A stretch of DNA of 63,391 nt, counting the filler, from Kipferlia bialata (lineage: Eukaryota), in NCBI GenBank assembly GCA_003568945.1. It is 7 parts of 6 records of this genome, joined end to end, with 100 filler letters (N's around TTAATTAATTAA, not from the genome) between each part and the next. Parts side by side here need not be neighbours in the genome. Positions count along the whole stretch, not along the records: positions 47,863 to 60,148 come from BDIP01001105.1; positions 60,249 to 63,391 come from BDIP01001156.1; 5 more parts are not named here. One strand, 5' to 3'. This document shows positions 59,434 through 63,391 of this stretch, piece by piece; the stretch's first letter is position 1; the number at the start of each line of letters is the position of its first letter. The notes below the pieces were generated by a model, which saw only the letters and a program-made list of their open reading frames with translations, had not been told where the DNA came from and ran no database searches. The translations under genes were made by a program, and so were the position numbers.

Positions 59434-59934
59434 ATGCAACCACCTCAGCCCTGGACCGAGCCAAAGCCAGTTGACGAGGAGCAGCGCCTCGCCTGGCTAG
59501 AAAGGGAGATAGTGGATGCATATGGGAGGGAGAAGTGTTTCCGCACCGTCTGGTTTCTTAACAGTTTCCCTTCAGGTGCTAGCTTCGACTCTCCCGGTCC
59601 CATACCGGCTGGTACAGTGATCAGACACCTGGACAAACGAGAGGGGTTCGACGTAGAGACTGTCGTCAGGGGAGAGGGGACGTGGGGGGACCTGTGGGAT
59701 GCCTGTGACCAGGTGCTGGCAGAGGCCATAGGCCTCGGTAGAGGTGGGGGTTCCAGTTAAAGTGTTCATCACCTCTCCCCTAGATACTATGTCTCAATAC
59801 TCCAGTGCCAAGGTATGAATTACAAGAAATACTCTTCTCTGTGATCCTCTCACGCAGAGCCTGACACGCACCCAGTCATCGAGTTGCTGGATCCTTTACC
59901 TGATGGCTCATTCAGAGTCCTAGGGGGGTCGTAA
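59434..59934 (+). CDS. Small hypothetical protein
   Basis: MQPPQPWTEP...RTVW...GTWGDLWDACDQVLAEAIGL, donor near 59738-59744, acceptor CTCACGCAG, EPDTHPVIELLDPLPDGSFRVLGGS*. Confidence 0.55.
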
Positions 59935-60502
59935 TCACGTATCCAGTGTTACACTGGACCAGTGTATTCAGATATGGGCTCCATCAGACTCTAATTGGTC
60001 GCTAACTTACGACACAATAGAGAGTATCTTGTGGACGATAAGAGAAATCCTTACATATATAAATAATTACATATCTCACGCTGTGCATGTGAACATTATG
60101 ATACTGGTCAGAAGAATATTCATATATATACGACAGTGGTGACCCGGANNNNNNNNNNNNNNNNNNNNNNNNNNNNNNNNNNNNNNNNNNNNTTAATTAA
60201 TTAANNNNNNNNNNNNNNNNNNNNNNNNNNNNNNNNNNNNNNNNNNNNCCTTGAGGTCTCCCTCAGGCTGCCATCAAGCTGAAGTTCTGAAAGGAGGCTA
60301 ACATCCTGTTTAACATGACCTCAAAAGAAACGATTTAGTTACTCAGCTGCCGAGCACACAATAATACACTAACAGTCACACTAAAAACAGATAACTACGA
60401 TAATTGTTGAGTTGATACAAATACACCTCTGACACAGTTGCAACACTACTTCTCAGACACGGCTCGTGGCCAGTGTTCTAAGGCCAGCGTCTGTCACAGT
60501 GC

Positions 60503-62100
60503 CTAGTAGACAGTGTCTAGGAACCACTCGACACACAGGGGAAGCAGCCTGCGCACTATGAATGTGACAGCCTGGCACACCTCGGACTCGGACTCAGAGT
60601 ACAGGGCGGTGAGGAGCACACTGGCGGCAGAGTCATCAAGGGACTGGCCCAGGTCAGCCAGGGACCCGACACTCAGCCTGACTGCGCCTGTCTGATAGCG
60701 GGGCTCGGAGGCCTCGAGGATGAGGGGCCGGGGGTTGGGGTATGTCTCTCTGTACTTGATGGTGAGGTGGTTGTTCAGCAGGTACGAGTTGCCGGTCTTG
60801 AGGTCTATCCTCAGCACCCAGGTCAGGGTGGCCCCGTCCCTCTTGACCAGGGTGTGCTCGATGCGGGACACGTGGCTGAAGGGTCAGGCGGACATCATGG
60901 AGTATGGGGGGAGGGAGGGAGGGGGAAGCATTCGATACTTGAGAGCAATAGAGAATGATACTAGAACAGATATATATCCACATATATCCACATGTGTCTG
61001 CAAGTGACTCCATGCCCCATGTCCCATGGGCCATGTATGACTCACCCCAGGAATACCACGTCTGACTCGGTGCAGAACCGGGACCCACTGCCAGACAGAG
61101 CACGGGAGTAGAACTGGAGGGTCAGAAAGAGATGCTACACATATATACCAGAGGAGAGAAGGGCGAAGAACTAAGGTGTCAAGCAAAGACGATGACAGGA
61201 TCACCTTCCGCAATACTCTTACCGAAAACTATGAATTCCGACCAGCCATCCATCCACTACCCATGATATATACACTGCCCCCCATACCTGGGGGATGTCC
61301 TTGATCAGGGCCTGCCTCTCCTCGTCCAGGGCCACACTTTCCAGATGGGCCTCCTCCACAATGGCAGCCAGGGCGGCACCGTGCTCGGCCTTGGCCACGC
61401 TGTACTGATGGCGGATCATGTCCAACTCACGCTGGTCCTCAGAACTGGAGACCTGAACGGTGAGGAATATATCTATAGTGACAGCACCAGTATCACTGAC
61501 AGAGTGTGGGAGGGAGGCTGAATAGTATTCAGTGAATACGCACCTGGCCGACTGAGATCTGGTCAAGCTTGGCTGACACCAGAGAGAGAGTGTCGGGGGA
61601 ACTGGACACAGGGGCAGGGCCACCACCATTGCCTGAGAAGAGACCGGCAAGCTGGGACTCCTTGAGGCGATGGAGAAGGCTCTCAGAGCTGCGGTTGGAT
61701 ACTGGCCAATTCAAATAGTACTCATATATGCATCGGAAAGAGGATAGAAGGAAGGACACCATTGCACAAACATCATACGGACAAGCAACATACATACGAC
61801 GCAACAACGCGCACAGAGGAAGCGACGAATCATATAGGTATAATAATAACTCATATGCACTCTCTTTGAGACATGCATATTGTGCGGTGTTTGACACTTA
61901 AGGTAAGTAAAAGACGGTATATTTACCTCAGACCAGACTTATTGGCACTCAGGTACTGGGCCTGGGCCTTGGAAGGCAGGCTGAGGTGAGAAATGGCATA
62001 GGATGACTTCAAATAGAGGATTCAGCAGAGGAGAGCCGATATACTTCCCCAACCTGGTGAAAACAGGCGTGTTCTTAGGTGCTAGGAATCCAGAGGACAT
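60503..62100 (-). CDS. Divergent nucleosome assembly protein (NAP/SET/TSPY family), 6 exons
   Basis: Long helix then RQALIKDIPQ|FYSRAL...ESDVVFLGHVSRIE...GNSYLLNNHLTIKY...IVRRLLPLCVEWF follows the NAP pattern R..I..IP.FW...D...L..L..I...N.YF.N..L.K. Confidence 0.65.
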
Positions 62101-62270
62101 TTGTGGTGAAGACACGCAAGCTCTTTCAGCTTGAACTTAGGTTGAAGCCTCTGTCTCAAACTCAGCTGATATCCAGCAAAAACACACGCACATACGGTGA
62201 GAATGAAAAAGGGTTGTTGGCCATACTGGCATACTCTCTAGCCGGACTGAATCTCTGCCATCACGGTAGG

Positions 62271-62788
62271 ATGGATTCCAACAAGCAGTACGTTCATGTT
62301 ATATAATTAGAGCAAGATAGTGAGTGATCTTCTGGAGGACAACCCCACTGTGTTGTTTTGCTTGTTCCCTCCTTCCGTTTCACTCTCACCCATAGGACTC
62401 TGAACAGGGTACTGGAGGATGATATGTTCGAGGAGTTCGCACTGCAAGGTGGGTGTTGACTGTGGATTATAGTGAGATGTATTGCTTGTGTGTACACTAC
62501 TCTGACTGTATACCCCCTGTTGACCCAGACTGGCACCCCGAGGACATGACAGAGGCCGACATGAGGGAGTGGAGCCTCAGCTGGGAGGTGCGCATGTATA
62601 TATGTTTGCGACATGTGTAGAGGATGAGAAGTTTCCTCGTTATTGGCCAATATGACTATTCTTCTATTGTTGCCCTTCTTGTGTGGCTAGTCAAGGTGGC
62701 TGGACTCCCCCCTTACTCATGTCAGGATGTGACTGTGTCCGACAAGTTCCTTAGCACCATGAGGGCACCTGTGACTGTCACAAAGTGA
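62271..62788 (+). CDS. SEM1: 26S proteasome subunit SEM1/DSS1, 4 exons
   Basis: Spliced MDSNKQTLNRVLEDDMFEEFALQDWHPEDMTEADMREWSLSWEDVTVSDKFLSTMRAPVTVTK*, with EDDxFEEF...DW...WxxxW..D.F...R motifs. Confidence 0.85.
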
Positions 62789-62994
62789 GGGGATAGATGG
62801 ATAGTCTATGCCGACCACTTGGCTATTGTCCAGATGGTACCATTAGTATGATCAATGACACTACAGTGTTCTTGTAACTGGAGAGCTGTAGTACTTAGCC
62901 TAGTAGCGACAACTTCAATATAGACATGGATCTAGTGTGTCATGCATACAAGGTGGTATGTATATATTATATATGACAATGAACGTCAAACCGT

Positions 62995-63337
62995 CTACTT
63001 GGATCGAAGTGTCAATGCATACCCCCATCCACACAAACATCCCACCACCGTGGGCACACAACCCTGTACGCCCTGCATAACTAGAGCATACAGCACAGTG
63101 ATAGGGGTGAGCACTGCGTCTGTGAGGGGCACCCCCTTGACAGACAGGGAGAGGGATGGCGGCACCAGCTGGCCCGAGGCCACCGCCAGTGCGAAGGGCA
63201 GGGACAGACACACGGCTGGGACATACGCAGTGTCAGTCCCCAGATACATCAGGTCCTGAGTGGCCGAGTGGGTGCACAGACCATACACCACAGCCTGGGA
63301 GACCCCTGCACACACAACCAGCAGCACAGACACAGCC
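62995..63337 (-). CDS. Last exon of a membrane protein, possibly rhomboid/derlin-like
   Basis: Acceptor ATTCACTCAG; hydrophobic segments ending VVGCLCGWGY (GxxxGxxY). Confidence 0.45.
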
Positions 63338-63391
63338 CTGAGTGAATTAGGGGGGGGGGGGGGGGGAAAATAAAAATGGACTTTGGGGGGG

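Overview
Eukaryotic, very intron-rich protist genomic DNA. It is an artificial concatenation of 7 contigs joined by 100-nt N-TTAATTAATTAA-N linkers, so adjacency across linkers is not biological. By inference it is a fornicate such as Kipferlia bialata (Giardia-type class II aldolase, branch point fused to the 3' splice site, expanded kelch-like family). Most ORF-track entries are microsatellite noise. Manual splicing gives about 20 genes: LRRC40-like, two halves of a cAMP-receptor-like 7TM protein, three kelch-like genes, a C2H2 zinc-finger protein, a coiled-coil protein, IFI27/ISG12-like, class II FBA, a bacterial-type multipass membrane protein, an ENT transporter, MCM3, a CaiB/BaiF CoA-transferase, NAP/SET-like, SEM1/DSS1 and several unknowns. 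The main signal is a pervasive intron architecture. Longer introns hold tandem partial copies ('echoes') of the upstream exon end plus donor in their 5' half and of the branch/acceptor plus downstream exon start in their 3' half. These apparently non-coding echoes differ from the real exon mostly at synonymous codon positions (12 of 12 differences in the MCM3 Walker-B echoes). Two apparent GT-AT introns and three GC-AG introns are also needed to keep proteins in frame. No database searches were run; family calls rest on recalled motifs.
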